A stretch of 32,000 bases of DNA, from positions 2,190,001 through 2,222,000 of the forward strand of contig NC_017856.1 of NCBI RefSeq assembly GCF_000260965.1, in the 5' to 3' direction. How positions within the stretch are numbered: position 1 is the first letter of the stretch; each line of letters opens with the position of its first letter. Below, piece by piece: positions 17,203-27,112 of the stretch. The position numbers and the translations under genes were made by a program. This DNA comes from Methylophaga frappieri (GTDB taxonomy: Bacteria > Pseudomonadota > Gammaproteobacteria > Nitrosococcales > Methylophagaceae). The notes beneath the pieces are model-generated. The model was not told the origin of the DNA. It did not search any database and was given only the letters and a program-made list of their open reading frames with translations.

Positions 17203-17913
17203 TTAATGGACATCTTTCCAGTAAGCCTTTTTCAGGGCAACCGCGATGATGAAGAAAAATGCCAGATAGAGCAGAACCCACTTACCCAGTGCCAAGCGTT
17301 GTAGCTTTGAGGGTTCGCCGATATAAGCTAGGAAATTTACTAAATCACCAACGTATTGGTCATATTGTCTTTCTGTCAACTGACCTGTTTGCGCTATTGC
17401 CAACTGATGGTCTTCGTTTTCAGCCAGAAAACCTTGTTGCTCCCAGAGAACGTGCGGCATACCTGCATTAACCAAAAACAGGTTATTAGTGCCCATGGGG
17501 CGGGAGTCATCCAGATAAAAGTGACGCAGATAACTGTAAAGCCAATCCGTGCCACGGGCTCGGGCAATCACAGAAAGATCCGGTGGCACAACACCAAACC
17601 ATTTTTTCGCATCCTCCGGGCGCATCGCCACGGTCATCGGGTCACCAATTTTATCGGTAGTAAACATGAGGTTGTTGAGCACTAAATCCTCACTCATGCC
17701 CAAATCTTTTGCCATGCGGTTATAGCGCATATATGAGGCTGAGTGGCAGCTCAGGCAATAATTGGTAAAAATTTGTGCGCCGCGTTGTAATGACGCTTTG
17801 TCATACAAGTCCACGTCAAACGAATCAACTGGCGTACCACTGGAGGCCGCCATTGATGAAATAGAAAACAGAGTCATTAACGCCATCAAAGCGCCGGTCA
17901 TTAGCAGTTTCAT
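17203..17913 (-). CDS. petC: Cytochrome c1 of ubiquinol-cytochrome c reductase
   Basis: Signal peptide, heme motif CLSCHS, C-terminal membrane anchor, and a 4-nt overlap with petB. Confidence 0.9.
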   Translation of the reverse strand: MKLLMTGALMALMTLFSISSMAASSGTPVDSFDVDLYDKASLQRGAQIFTNYCLSCHSASYMRYNRMAKDLGMSEDLVLNNLMFTTDKIGDPMTVAMRPEDAKKWFGVVPPDLSVIARARGTDWLYSYLRHFYLDDSRPMGTNNLFLVNAGMPHVLWEQQGFLAENEDHQLAIAQTGQLTERQYDQYVGDLVNFLAYIGEPSKLQRLALGKWVLLYLAFFFIIAVALKKAYWKDVH

Positions 17914-19124
17914 TGGAAAGTCACCCTTTCTGGTACCGGTTTGTCTTTATCCAACTTCGTGTAAATCGGCATCAGAATGAAAAACGCGAAATAGATAAAC
18001 GTGAACACTCTCGCCAACATAGTGTAGAGACCAGTTGCCGGTTGCGTACCCAGATAACCTAATGCTAAGAAACTAATAACAAACAAGACCAATGCGGTTC
18101 GGAAAGCCGGACCACGATAGCGAACAGAACGAACTTTGCTGCGATCCAGCCATGGCAGCAGGAACAGAACTACAATCGCTAGTCCCATCGCAATGACACC
18201 CCAGAGTTTATCGGGAACCGCGCGCAAAATGGCATAGAACGGCGTGAAATACCAGAGCGGCACAATATGCTCCGGTGTTTTCAGTGGATCCGCCGGCACG
18301 AAGTTGTCTTTTTCAAGGAACCAGCCGCCCCCCTCAGGCATGTAAAACAACACCAAGGCAAAAATAAACAGGAAGGCGACCACGCCAACCAAATCCTTAA
18401 CCGTATAGTAAGGATGGAACGGAATGCCATCCAGTGGCTTGCCATTGGCATCTTTGGTTTTCTTAATCTCAACCCCATCCGGATTGTTAGAGCCGACTTC
18501 ATGCAGCGCGAGAATATGCATGACAACTAAGCCTAATAACACAATCGGTAAGGCGATAACGTGAAAAGCAAAAAAACGATTCAATGTGGCATCCGCAACA
18601 ACGAAGTCACCCCGAATCCACAATGCCAGTTCTTCACCAACCACAGGAATGGCGCCGAAAAGGGAGATAATGACCTGTGCGCCCCAGTAAGACATTTGTC
18701 CCCATGGCAATAAATATCCCATAAATGCTTCAGCCATCAGGACAACGTAAAGCAACATACCAAATATCCAGATGAGCTCACGTGGTTGTTTATAGGACCC
18801 ATAAATCAGGCCACGGAACATATGCAGATATATCACCACGAAAAATGCCGAAGCACCGGTCGAATGCAGATAACGAATCAGCCACCCCCATTCGACATCA
18901 CGCATGATGTATTCAACAGAGGCAAAGGCCAGATCGGCATCCGGTTTGTAATTCATGGTTAGAAAAATTCCGGTCACAATTTGCATGACCAGAATGAGTA
19001 AAGCTAATGAACCAAAGAAGTACCAGAAGTTGAAGTTTTTTGGCGCATAGTATTCGGAGAGGTGCTCTCGCCACATTTTACTGGCGGGAAACCGGGCATC
19101 GACCCAATCCATCAATTTGGCCAT
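17910..19124 (-). CDS. petB: Cytochrome b of ubiquinol-cytochrome c reductase
   Basis: 404 aa, polytopic membrane protein. Conserved RYLHSTGASAFF and PEWYF-like PLWYFTPFY motifs. Confidence 0.95.
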   Translation of the reverse strand: MAKLMDWVDARFPASKMWREHLSEYYAPKNFNFWYFFGSLALLILVMQIVTGIFLTMNYKPDADLAFASVEYIMRDVEWGWLIRYLHSTGASAFFVVIYLHMFRGLIYGSYKQPRELIWIFGMLLYVVLMAEAFMGYLLPWGQMSYWGAQVIISLFGAIPVVGEELALWIRGDFVVADATLNRFFAFHVIALPIVLLGLVVMHILALHEVGSNNPDGVEIKKTKDANGKPLDGIPFHPYYTVKDLVGVVAFLFIFALVLFYMPEGGGWFLEKDNFVPADPLKTPEHIVPLWYFTPFYAILRAVPDKLWGVIAMGLAIVVLFLLPWLDRSKVRSVRYRGPAFRTALVLFVISFLALGYLGTQPATGLYTMLARVFTFIYFAFFILMPIYTKLDKDKPVPERVTFQ

Positions 19125-19720
19125 TACGCAGCTCCTTTGGCGTCTTCACCAACGATGACGGTGTTATCACCTTGGAAGTGATAGGGAGGCACCTCGAGAT
19201 TTATCGGTGCGGGTACGCCCTGATAAACGCGGCCAGCCAAATCAAATTTGGAACCATGACAAGGGCAGAAGAAACCGCCTTTCCATTCCGAACCTAAATC
19301 AGCTGGCGCTAGCTCAGGACGGTAAGTCGGTGAACAGCCTAAGTGGGTACAAATACCAACAAGGACCATTACTTCTTCACGGATTGAGCGGGTTTCATTT
19401 TCACAATAGTCGGGTTGTTGTTTTGCCTTGCTACTATCTGGATCGCGCAAGCTCTCGTCTAAAGTCGCCAGTGCATCAAGCACGTCTTCACTACGACGGT
19501 AAATCCAAACCGGCTTACCCCGCCATTCAACTGTCAGTAATTGCCCGGTTTCTAATTGACTGATATCGACCAGAACCGGTGCGCCGGCTGCCTGTGCTTT
19601 GGCACTTGGCTTGATCGATGATACAAACGGAACGGCGACCGCGATGGCGCCAGCACCGCCGACCACACTGGCTGCAGCGGTCAAGAATCGCCGTTTGCCA
19701 GTATCTACGTTGTTACTCAT
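19124..19720 (-). CDS. petA: Rieske iron-sulfur subunit of ubiquinol-cytochrome c reductase
   Basis: Tat-like RRFL N-terminus and the Rieske boxes CTHLGC and CPCHGS. Confidence 0.95.
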   Translation of the reverse strand: MSNNVDTGKRRFLTAAASVVGGAGAIAVAVPFVSSIKPSAKAQAAGAPVLVDISQLETGQLLTVEWRGKPVWIYRRSEDVLDALATLDESLRDPDSSKAKQQPDYCENETRSIREEVMVLVGICTHLGCSPTYRPELAPADLGSEWKGGFFCPCHGSKFDLAGRVYQGVPAPINLEVPPYHFQGDNTVIVGEDAKGAA

Positions 19721-19833
19721 CAGATGCTTATCCCCTGATACTGATTAATGCGGTGTCAGGTATGCTGTTATTAAGGCGCACTTACTGACGTTAAATCCAC
19801 GGAATTTTAACATAGCCGCTGCCAATTAGGATC

Positions 19834-19861
19834 AAAAAAGCCCGCTTAAGCGGGCTTTTTC
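19834..19861 (-). terminator. Rho-independent terminator after the pseudoazurin gene (symmetric, could act in both directions)
   Basis: GCCCGC (19840-19845), loop TTAA, GCGGGC (19850-19855), flanked by an A6 run and a T5 run. Confidence 0.8.
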
Positions 19862-19885
19862 AAGAGCACAGGTAAAAGTAGTGCG

Positions 19886-20329
19886 TTATTCAACTGCTTT
19901 TTGTGTTTTTTTCACCAATCTTTTTAGTGCACCTTTGGGTTTAGAGTCGACGATTGCTTGAAGGTTAGTGGGTTCTCCAACAATGATTGCCCCGCCCATA
20001 CCAGCACCCCAATGAGGATCACACTTATAAAGATATACACCCTCTACAGTTAAAGGTTGAGTTTCAAAGTTTTCACCCATTTGGGACATGAAACCCTCGG
20101 CACCTTCTGGAAGATATTCTGTGACACCTTTTGAGTCAGTAAATTTAGTATTAACAAGGTGACCATTCATTCGATCCCATTTAACCGTGTCACCGGGTTG
20201 TATTTTAATGACTAGTGGGTCAAAAGAAGTCAAAGATGCATTGACGACATGTGTTTCTGCCATTGTTGCTGCAGAGAACATAGCGGATGTGCCCATCAAA
20301 ATACCAGCCATTGTTTTAGCAAATTTCAT
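19886..20329 (-). CDS. Pseudoazurin-type blue copper protein
   Basis: ATG at 20329 after an AAGAGGAA ribosome-binding site, with a signal peptide. PGDTVKW...NGHLV...PEGAEGF...GVYLYKCDPHWGAGMGGAIIVG...NL.A is co-linear with pseudoazurin and keeps the His/Cys/His/Met copper ligands. Confidence 0.8.
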   Translation of the reverse strand: MKFAKTMAGILMGTSAMFSAATMAETHVVNASLTSFDPLVIKIQPGDTVKWDRMNGHLVNTKFTDSKGVTEYLPEGAEGFMSQMGENFETQPLTVEGVYLYKCDPHWGAGMGGAIIVGEPTNLQAIVDSKPKGALKRLVKKTQKAVE

Positions 20330-20781
20330 AGTTGTTCCTCTTAACATTTCTTCAAAGGTTTTCTTTGTTCGCTGGGTGAATGATACAAAAAAAAGCTGAA
20401 CACCCACTGAACAGTGTGTTATTTCACTTAATTAATAGAATTTAACCATCAATTTGGAGGGTAATTTTACCTTCAGTTGTGGGAATTTGTCTAAATAAAG
20501 GGCTTCTGTTCTTTGTTTTTGTTAGGGGGGAAAGTCACGTTGTGGCTATTTAACATTAAAAATCATAGTGTTATTTTATTGCTTTTTGTTGCGCCATTTT
20601 AAGTGTGTGTGATTTGACACAGGATAGAGTCCCGACATTTGTTCTGGAATCACTTTTGGGTTAACAAACAGACGTAATGGCTGCATTTGGTTATAATTAG
20701 ACTATTTAACTTGAAATAACACATGCATCGCCCTATATCAGCTCTTGCTTGACTTAAGCGTAAGTATGATGGAGAAAAATC

Positions 20782-21021
20782 ATGCCTTTCTATGAATACC
20801 TATGTGATCAGTGTGGTCATGAGCTGGAAGCGCTGCAAAAAATCAGTGATGCACCATTGCGTGAGTGTCCCGCATGTCAGCAACCCGCTTTGAGAAAACG
20901 CATTTCGGCAGCGGGATTCCGGCTTAAAGGTCAGGGGTGGTATGAAACTGATTTTAAATCGGGCGAAAAACGTAACCTTGCTGACTCAGGTTCGAAAGGT
21001 AGCGAGACAACCACTAATTAA
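20782..21021 (+). CDS. FmdB-family zinc-ribbon protein
   Basis: MPFYEYLCDQCGHELE...CPACQ (CxxC...CxxC). The position upstream of aspS is common for this family. Confidence 0.8.
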   Translation: MPFYEYLCDQCGHELEALQKISDAPLRECPACQQPALRKRISAAGFRLKGQGWYETDFKSGEKRNLADSGSKGSETTTN

Positions 21022-21117
21022 GTGGTAAACCAGCATAAGCCAAATGGCGAGCGGTGTTTTTTAACTTGGCTTACTGTAGCCAACTATATTTTTAAATCAA
21101 TTTAAACTGGAAATATT

Positions 21118-22899
21118 ATGCGAAGTCACTATTGCGGCGAGGTCAATGAATCGCTGACCGGTCAATCTGTTTCTGTTGCTGGCTGGATGCACCGCCGCCG
21201 GGATCATGGCGGGGTGATTTTTATTGATCTGCGTGATCGTGAAGGCTTGGTTCAGGTTGTCTGTAATCCAGAAGATGCGGACAGTTTTGCTGTGGCCGAA
21301 AAAGTTCGAAGTGAGTATGTATTGCAAATTGAGGGTGTTGTCCGGCCTCGACCTGCAGGCAGTGAAAACCCGGATTTAAAAAGTGGTCAGATCGAAATCA
21401 TTGCTAAGTCGGTGACAATCGTAAATAGCGCTGAAACGCCGCCATTTCCGCTATCTGAACAGATTGATGTCAGTGAAGATGTTCGTTTGAGACATCGATA
21501 CATTGATTTACGTCGCCCTGAGATGCAGCAAAAGTTGCGTTTCCGCTCAAAAATCACCAGAGAATTGCGTCATTATTTGGATGAACAGGGGTTTCTGGAT
21601 ATAGAAACGCCGATCCTGACCCGGGCAACGCCGGAAGGTGCGCGTGATTATCTGGTGCCAAGTCGAACCCATCCCGGTGAGTTTTTTGCTTTGCCACAAT
21701 CGCCACAGTTGTTTAAACAATTACTGATGGTTTCAGGTATGGATCGCTACTATCAGATAGTGCGTTGTTTCCGTGATGAAGACTTACGTGCGGATCGCCA
21801 ACCCGAATTCACCCAGTTAGATATTGAAACGTCATTTGTCTCTGAAGAAGATCTGATGCAGATGATGGAAGAGATGATTCGTAATCTATTTGCTAATGTT
21901 TTAGAAGAAGCATTACCAAACCCGTTCCCACGCATGGCTTATTCTGAAGCCATGGCACGTTTTGGCAGTGACAAGCCGGATCTGCGTATTCCATTAGAGT
22001 TGGTTGAAGTCAGCGATCTGATGCAATCCGTTGATTTCAAAGTATTCTCATCACCAGCGCAGGATGATAATGGCCGGGTTGCTGCGTTGAGGGTGCCGGG
22101 AGGTAACGCCTTAACGCGGAAAGAGATTGACGATTACACCAAGTTTGTTGGTATTTACGGTGCGAAAGGGCTTGCCTATATCAAGATTAATGATCTCAGT
22201 GCTGGCCGAGAAGGTCTGCAATCGCCAATCCTGAAGTTTTTGCCAGATGAGGTCGTTGAGGCGATTTTGCAACGTACAGCAGCAGAAACAGGCGATCTGA
22301 TTTTCTTTGGCGCCGATAAAGCCACCACCGTAAATGAATCTTTAGGCGCGTTACGGGTCAAAGTGGGACATGATCTGGACATGGTTGAGCGAGGCTGGAA
22401 GCCACTTTGGGTTGTTGAATTCCCAATGTTTGAATGGGATGAAAAAACCAAGCGCTGGTATGCTTTGCACCATCCGTTTACAGCGCCACGTGAAGCGGAT
22501 TTGGGCTTATTACAATCGGATCCGGGCAAATGCTTATCACGTGCTTATGACATGGTGTTAAATGGCACGGAGCTGGGTGGTGGCTCAATGCGTATTCATC
22601 ATAGTGATGTACAAAAGCAAGTGTTTGAAATGCTGGATATTGGACCAGAAGAAGCGGAAGAAAAGTTTGGCTTCCTGTTACAAGCTTTAAAATATGGTTG
22701 CCCACCGCATGGTGGACTGGCGTTTGGTCTCGACAGGCTGGTAATGTTAATGACAGGATCCGCGTCGATCCGGGATGTCATGGCCTTTCCGAAAACACAG
22801 TCAGCAGCCTGTTTGTTGACCGATGCGCCCGGAAAGGTCGCTGAAGAACAGCTTAAAGAGCTAAATATTCGTCTGCGGAAACCGGTGCTTGCCGAATAG
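21118..22899 (+). CDS. aspS: Aspartate--tRNA ligase
   Basis: 593 aa with class II motifs ([35 protein letters not shown]). Confidence 0.95.
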   Translation: MRSHYCGEVNESLTGQSVSVAGWMHRRRDHGGVIFIDLRDREGLVQVVCNPEDADSFAVAEKVRSEYVLQIEGVVRPRPAGSENPDLKSGQIEIIAKSVTIVNSAETPPFPLSEQIDVSEDVRLRHRYIDLRRPEMQQKLRFRSKITRELRHYLDEQGFLDIETPILTRATPEGARDYLVPSRTHPGEFFALPQSPQLFKQLLMVSGMDRYYQIVRCFRDEDLRADRQPEFTQLDIETSFVSEEDLMQMMEEMIRNLFANVLEEALPNPFPRMAYSEAMARFGSDKPDLRIPLELVEVSDLMQSVDFKVFSSPAQDDNGRVAALRVPGGNALTRKEIDDYTKFVGIYGAKGLAYIKINDLSAGREGLQSPILKFLPDEVVEAILQRTAAETGDLIFFGADKATTVNESLGALRVKVGHDLDMVERGWKPLWVVEFPMFEWDEKTKRWYALHHPFTAPREADLGLLQSDPGKCLSRAYDMVLNGTELGGGSMRIHHSDVQKQVFEMLDIGPEEAEEKFGFLLQALKYGCPPHGGLAFGLDRLVMLMTGSASIRDVMAFPKTQSAACLLTDAPGKVAEEQLKELNIRLRKPVLAE

Positions 22900-22944
22900 G
22901 CAGGCAGCCGGCCAACTGCAGCGTTGAGTGTAGAGAGGTGAATC

Positions 22945-24057
22945 ATGGCAGTTGATGTAATCAGTAGCCCGATCCCGTTTGAAGACTATTTTTCGCTTGA
23001 TGATAGCGAGTGTGAACAGCGAATTATCGAAGCGAAGCAAGCCCTAGGTGAGGATCTTGTTATTTTGGGCCATCATTATCAGCGCAACGAAGTATTTCGT
23101 CATGCTGATTATTCCGGAGACTCGCTGAAATTATCCCGTAATGCTGCCTCATCAGATGCGCGCTACATTGTCTTTTGCGGGGTGCATTTTATGGCGGAGG
23201 TTGCTGACATTTTGTCCCGGCCGGATCAGATTGCCATTCTGCCAGATATGGCAGCTGGCTGTTCTATGGCAGATATGGCCAACCGAATCAATGTGGACAA
23301 AGCCTGGCAGGAAATGTCGGCGGTATTTGATCCTGATACCCTGGTCACACCGATTACCTACATTAATTCTGCAGCAGACTTAAAATCATTTTGTGGCAAG
23401 CATGGTGGTATCGTCTGTACCTCGACCAATGCGCCGCATGTGCTTGATTGGGCATTTTCGCAGCGCGAGAAAATTCTGTTCTTTCCGGATCAGCATCTCG
23501 GTCGTAATACGGGCTTCAAAATGGGCATTCCACTCGAAGAAATGGTGGTTTGGGATTTTGACAAACCGATGGGGGGCTTAACCCCAGAAGCATTGAAAAA
23601 TGCCAAGATGATCCTCTGGAAAGGGTTTTGTTCTGTGCACCAGATGTTTCAGCCCGTACAGATAGATAATTTTCTGAAAAAATATCCAGAGACCAAAGTC
23701 ATTTCTCACCCGGAATGTAGTTTTGAGGTCTGTCAAAAGTCGCATTATGTTGGTTCGACAGAATACATTGTCAGAACTATTGCTGAGAGTGAGCCGGGAA
23801 CCCGCTGGCTGGTAGGGACAGAACTGAATCTGGTTAATCGCTTGCACGAGCAATTTTCAGCAGAGGGCAAGTCTGTCCACTTTATGTCACCAACGGTATG
23901 TATGTGTTCAACCATGTTCAGGGTTGATCCTCAGCATTTGTTATGGGTACTTGAAAACCTGCTGGAAGGCCATGTGGTCAATCAGGTTTCCGTTGAGCCA
24001 GATACGGCAGCTCAAGCCAAGCTGGCTTTGCAACGCATGTTGGATCTGCCAATATAA
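22945..24057 (+). CDS. nadA: Quinolinate synthase
   Basis: 370 aa. ILGHHYQRNEV...ADYSGDSLKLS...FCGVHFMAE... and conserved Cys residues (CSMA, CSVH, CMCSTM). Confidence 0.85.
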   Translation: MAVDVISSPIPFEDYFSLDDSECEQRIIEAKQALGEDLVILGHHYQRNEVFRHADYSGDSLKLSRNAASSDARYIVFCGVHFMAEVADILSRPDQIAILPDMAAGCSMADMANRINVDKAWQEMSAVFDPDTLVTPITYINSAADLKSFCGKHGGIVCTSTNAPHVLDWAFSQREKILFFPDQHLGRNTGFKMGIPLEEMVVWDFDKPMGGLTPEALKNAKMILWKGFCSVHQMFQPVQIDNFLKKYPETKVISHPECSFEVCQKSHYVGSTEYIVRTIAESEPGTRWLVGTELNLVNRLHEQFSAEGKSVHFMSPTVCMCSTMFRVDPQHLLWVLENLLEGHVVNQVSVEPDTAAQAKLALQRMLDLPI

Positions 24058-24071
24058 TCGGGAGCCGCATC

Positions 24072-24257
24072 ATGGATGCGAAACAGACCAAGGTTGGTAA
24101 ATACTATCAAGTCCAGCCCAAAGATTTGCCGTTGAGCTGTCCTTTACCTGAGATGGTTTTATGGAATTCACATCCGCGCGTTTATCTCTCTCTGGAAGAT
24201 CGGGATGAAGTGCGCTGCCCTTACTGCGGCACACTTTATAAATTGGCTAAAAAATGA
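24072..24257 (+). CDS. Small zinc-finger (zf-CHCC-like) protein
   Basis: 61 aa. LSCPLP...HPRVYL...VRCPYCGTLY. Confidence 0.55.
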   Translation: MDAKQTKVGKYYQVQPKDLPLSCPLPEMVLWNSHPRVYLSLEDRDEVRCPYCGTLYKLAKK

Positions 24258-24694
24258 TGTCTCAGCTGCAGGTTGCCGTCGGCGTGGTCATCAATGAAAA
24301 TGCGGAAATTCTGATTGCGCATCGGCGCCCTGATCAGCATCAGGGAGATTTGTGGGAGTTTCCTGGCGGCAAACGTGAACCCAGCGAAAGTCGTGAAGCA
24401 GCATTGACGCGGGAATTGTTTGAAGAAGTGGGTATTAACGTCATTTCGGCAACCGAGCTTACCCGAATCAGGCATGATTATGCTGATCGTCGAGTTACCT
24501 TGGATGTGTGGTTGGTGACGGAATTTGACGGTGAGGCGCATGGTCGAGAGGGTCAGAAAATAAAGTGGTGTACCTTAGCGGCTTTGGCTGAGCACGACTT
24601 TCCCGCAGCCAATGCACCAATCATAACTGCGCTTCAACAGTGTGAACAGCTCAGTGTTTCTCGTAAGGAAAAGCCGGATCTTCCGGTGGAGTGA
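24254..24694 (+). CDS. mutT: 8-oxo-dGTP diphosphatase (Nudix)
   Basis: Nudix box [25 protein letters not shown] 4-nt ATGA overlap with the upstream gene. Confidence 0.8.
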   Translation: MMSQLQVAVGVVINENAEILIAHRRPDQHQGDLWEFPGGKREPSESREAALTRELFEEVGINVISATELTRIRHDYADRRVTLDVWLVTEFDGEAHGREGQKIKWCTLAALAEHDFPAANAPIITALQQCEQLSVSRKEKPDLPVE

Positions 24695-24845
24695 CAGACT
24701 CGCCCGCAATCCGGTGATTTTCTGCTGCCCAGTCACCCAAATCAATCAGCTTGCAGCGTTCGCAACAGAAAGGTCGCCACTTATTCTCAGTTGACCAAGC
24801 TACTTTTTGACCGCAATTCGGGCATTCAACTTGGGTAACCATCAT
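24651..24845 (-). CDS. yacG: DNA gyrase inhibitor YacG (zinc finger)
   Basis: CPNCGQKV...[18 protein letters not shown] prefer the ATG at 24845, which overlaps the zapD TAA by 1 nt, over the track's TTG at 24857. Confidence 0.85.
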   Translation of the reverse strand: MMVTQVECPNCGQKVAWSTENKWRPFCCERCKLIDLGDWAAENHRIAGESVTPPEDPAFPYEKH

Positions 24846-25621
24846 TACATATTGCAACAGCTGAGTCGGAACGGCACATCTTGGTTGATCTGCTGCGGTC
24901 GCTGATTAATATCAAATAACATAAAACGCACGGTAAACCGATGTTTGCCACCACTAATTTCAGGGAAATAGGCTGCCTGTGTGTTGATCATGACGCGAAT
25001 TAACTGACAGGGCTGGTTACCATCGAGTGAGCGTTGGAAAAAACCGTTCTCAGCCTGGGCATCACTAAACCCAGTACTGCCACGAATCAGTCTTAAACTG
25101 ATATCAATGGCGGCTTCAACTGCAACAAACTGCTCCAGCCAATAGCGTAATTGATTATGCCGATCAGCCAGAGGCGTGTGCTGTAACCAGTAATGATAAG
25201 CGGGTAAATCAAAATCACAGGTACCGCCAGCAATACTGGAACGCTGACGAATACTGTATAAAAACTCGTTTTCTTTTAACGCCTGGCCAATACCGGCTTT
25301 ACGAATTTGCAAGGCATCCAGCGTTTGATCCAGCTCGGCCAACAGCAGATCGAGTGCCTGACGATCAACGCCGGGCGTATTTTCAAGTGCAGATAAGGTC
25401 GTAACCAGTCGCTCAACTTCTTTGATAATCTCAGCTTTTAAATCACTGCGTTCAAAGATGCTCAAGACGTTGAGCATGGCATCAATAGCTTCACGGTGAC
25501 TGAAAATCTCATCGCGTTGGATGCTGTGATGAATACGAGCGAATAAAAACTCCAGACGCAAGAAAGTCCGAATACGCTCATTAAGGGGCTGTTCGTAAAT
25601 AGTCGTTGTATTCTCAGACAC
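24845..25621 (-). CDS. zapD: Cell division protein ZapD
   Basis: 258 aa. The N-terminus [19 protein letters not shown] is characteristic of ZapD/YacF. It sits in the conserved coaE-zapD-yacG order. Confidence 0.85.
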   Translation of the reverse strand: MSENTTTIYEQPLNERIRTFLRLEFLFARIHHSIQRDEIFSHREAIDAMLNVLSIFERSDLKAEIIKEVERLVTTLSALENTPGVDRQALDLLLAELDQTLDALQIRKAGIGQALKENEFLYSIRQRSSIAGGTCDFDLPAYHYWLQHTPLADRHNQLRYWLEQFVAVEAAIDISLRLIRGSTGFSDAQAENGFFQRSLDGNQPCQLIRVMINTQAAYFPEISGGKHRFTVRFMLFDINQRPQQINQDVPFRLSCCNM

Positions 25622-25627
25622 GTCAGT

Positions 25628-26239
25628 TCATTGGGCTGGTTTATTAAAATGACAGTGTTGCCGATATACCTTCAGCAACATTTCAACCTGTGATGCTAAT
25701 GCATGCTGGCTGTGATTGTTATCAATGATGTCATCAGCATAGTGTAATCTGCGTTGCTCATCAATCTGTGCATTAAGGATCTGTCTCGCCAACTGGGGGG
25801 AAATCGCATCCCGTTGTTGTAAGCGCTGTTGTTTCACTTTATCGTCAGCCGTAATCACTAATATTCGGTCAAACAAATCCTGCATTTGTGCTTCTATCAG
25901 TAATGGCACCGCAATGACGACCAAATCTGCCGTTGCATTATGCATTTGCGCTATTATCGCTTTTCTAATCGGCGGATGCAGGATCTGTTCTAATTTAGAC
26001 CGTGCCGCTTCATCCGTAAAAATCAATTCTCTCAATGCCTTACGGTCCAACTGGCCATCATCCAGCGCATACTGGTTGCCAAACGTTTGCAAGATACTGC
26101 GCCAAGCTGGCTGATCCGGCGCAGACAATTCTTTTGCCAGCCTATCTGCATCGATAATTTTTGCGCCGCCTTCGGCTAATAACTTGCAAACGGTACTTTT
26201 GCCACTAGCCGCGCCGCCAGTGAGGCCAACCCTGAGCAT
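25628..26239 (-). CDS. coaE: Dephospho-CoA kinase
   Basis: P-loop GLTGGAASGKST, 203 aa, downstream of pilD as in many gammaproteobacteria. Confidence 0.9.
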   Translation of the reverse strand: MLRVGLTGGAASGKSTVCKLLAEGGAKIIDADRLAKELSAPDQPAWRSILQTFGNQYALDDGQLDRKALRELIFTDEAARSKLEQILHPPIRKAIIAQMHNATADLVVIAVPLLIEAQMQDLFDRILVITADDKVKQQRLQQRDAISPQLARQILNAQIDEQRRLHYADDIIDNNHSQHALASQVEMLLKVYRQHCHFNKPAQ

Positions 26240-26242
26240 CAG

Positions 26243-27112
26243 TCAAGCCAGTCCTGCCAGCCGTAAATAGGCATGATTAAGTTGTTCGCCCCATATCAAG
26301 GCCAGCCAGCCAGCTGCAGCCAGATAGGGGCCAAACGGGATCGGCTGACTATGTTGATGCTGTTTAAACAGGATAAGGCAAATTCCAAGCACTGCCCCCA
26401 CTAATGACGACAAAATAATAATGACGGGTAAAAACTGCCAGCCCAGCCAAGCGCCTAAAGCCGCCAGTAATTTGAAATCACCGTAGCCCATGCCTTCTTT
26501 GCCCGTAATCAGTCGAAATAGTTGATAAACCAGCCATAGCGCCATATAGCCAGAGATAGCGCCTATCACTGCCGAGGTCAGATCCGTAAAAACATTAAAT
26601 AGGTTGAATACCAACCCCATCCAGAGTAGCGGCAGGGTTAAGTTGTCAGGTAACAGCTGTTTATCAACATCAATAAAGGTCAGCGCAATCAATAGCCAGG
26701 TGAGTAATAAAGCGCCAAGGCATGCCCAGCTAAACCCAAAGTGAGCCGCTACAATCGCCGACAAAACACCAGTTAATAATTCGATCAGTGGATAGCGAAT
26801 CGAAATCGGCGCCCGACATGCCCGGCAGCGCCCACCAAGGATCAGGTAACTCAGGATAGGAATATTATCCAAGGCGGGAATAGCCTTGCCACAATCAGGA
26901 CAACGAGAACGAGGGCGGCTCAGTGTCAGTGTCGATTGTGTCGGGGCCTTGGAATCCATTAGCTCATGACATTGTCGCTCCCAGTCGCGTTGCATGATAA
27001 GGGGGATGCGGTGGATGACGACATTTAAAAAGCTGCCAATCAGCAATCCTAAAATAGTGGCTGTTATTACAAAAGCCAGCGTTGAACTGACTAGCAAATC
27101 GACAACCGGCAT
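26243..27112 (-). CDS. pilD: Prepilin peptidase / N-methyltransferase (A24 family)
   Basis: Polytopic membrane protein. Tetra-Cys CPDCG...CRAC, and a GMGYGDFKL aspartyl-protease motif. Confidence 0.9.
   Translation of the reverse strand: MPVVDLLVSSTLAFVITATILGLLIGSFLNVVIHRIPLIMQRDWERQCHELMDSKAPTQSTLTLSRPRSRCPDCGKAIPALDNIPILSYLILGGRCRACRAPISIRYPLIELLTGVLSAIVAAHFGFSWACLGALLLTWLLIALTFIDVDKQLLPDNLTLPLLWMGLVFNLFNVFTDLTSAVIGAISGYMALWLVYQLFRLITGKEGMGYGDFKLLAALGAWLGWQFLPVIIILSSLVGAVLGICLILFKQHQHSQPIPFGPYLAAAGWLALIWGEQLNHAYLRLAGLA

Noticed and set aside
20396-20413. The direct repeat CTGAACA-N4-CTGAACA, about 70-85 nt upstream of the pseudoazurin start. It was considered as a response-regulator site.
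   Set aside because: A 7-mer repeat at a fixed offset is expected about twice by chance in 32 kb. I could not place a convincing -35/-10 pair relative to it.
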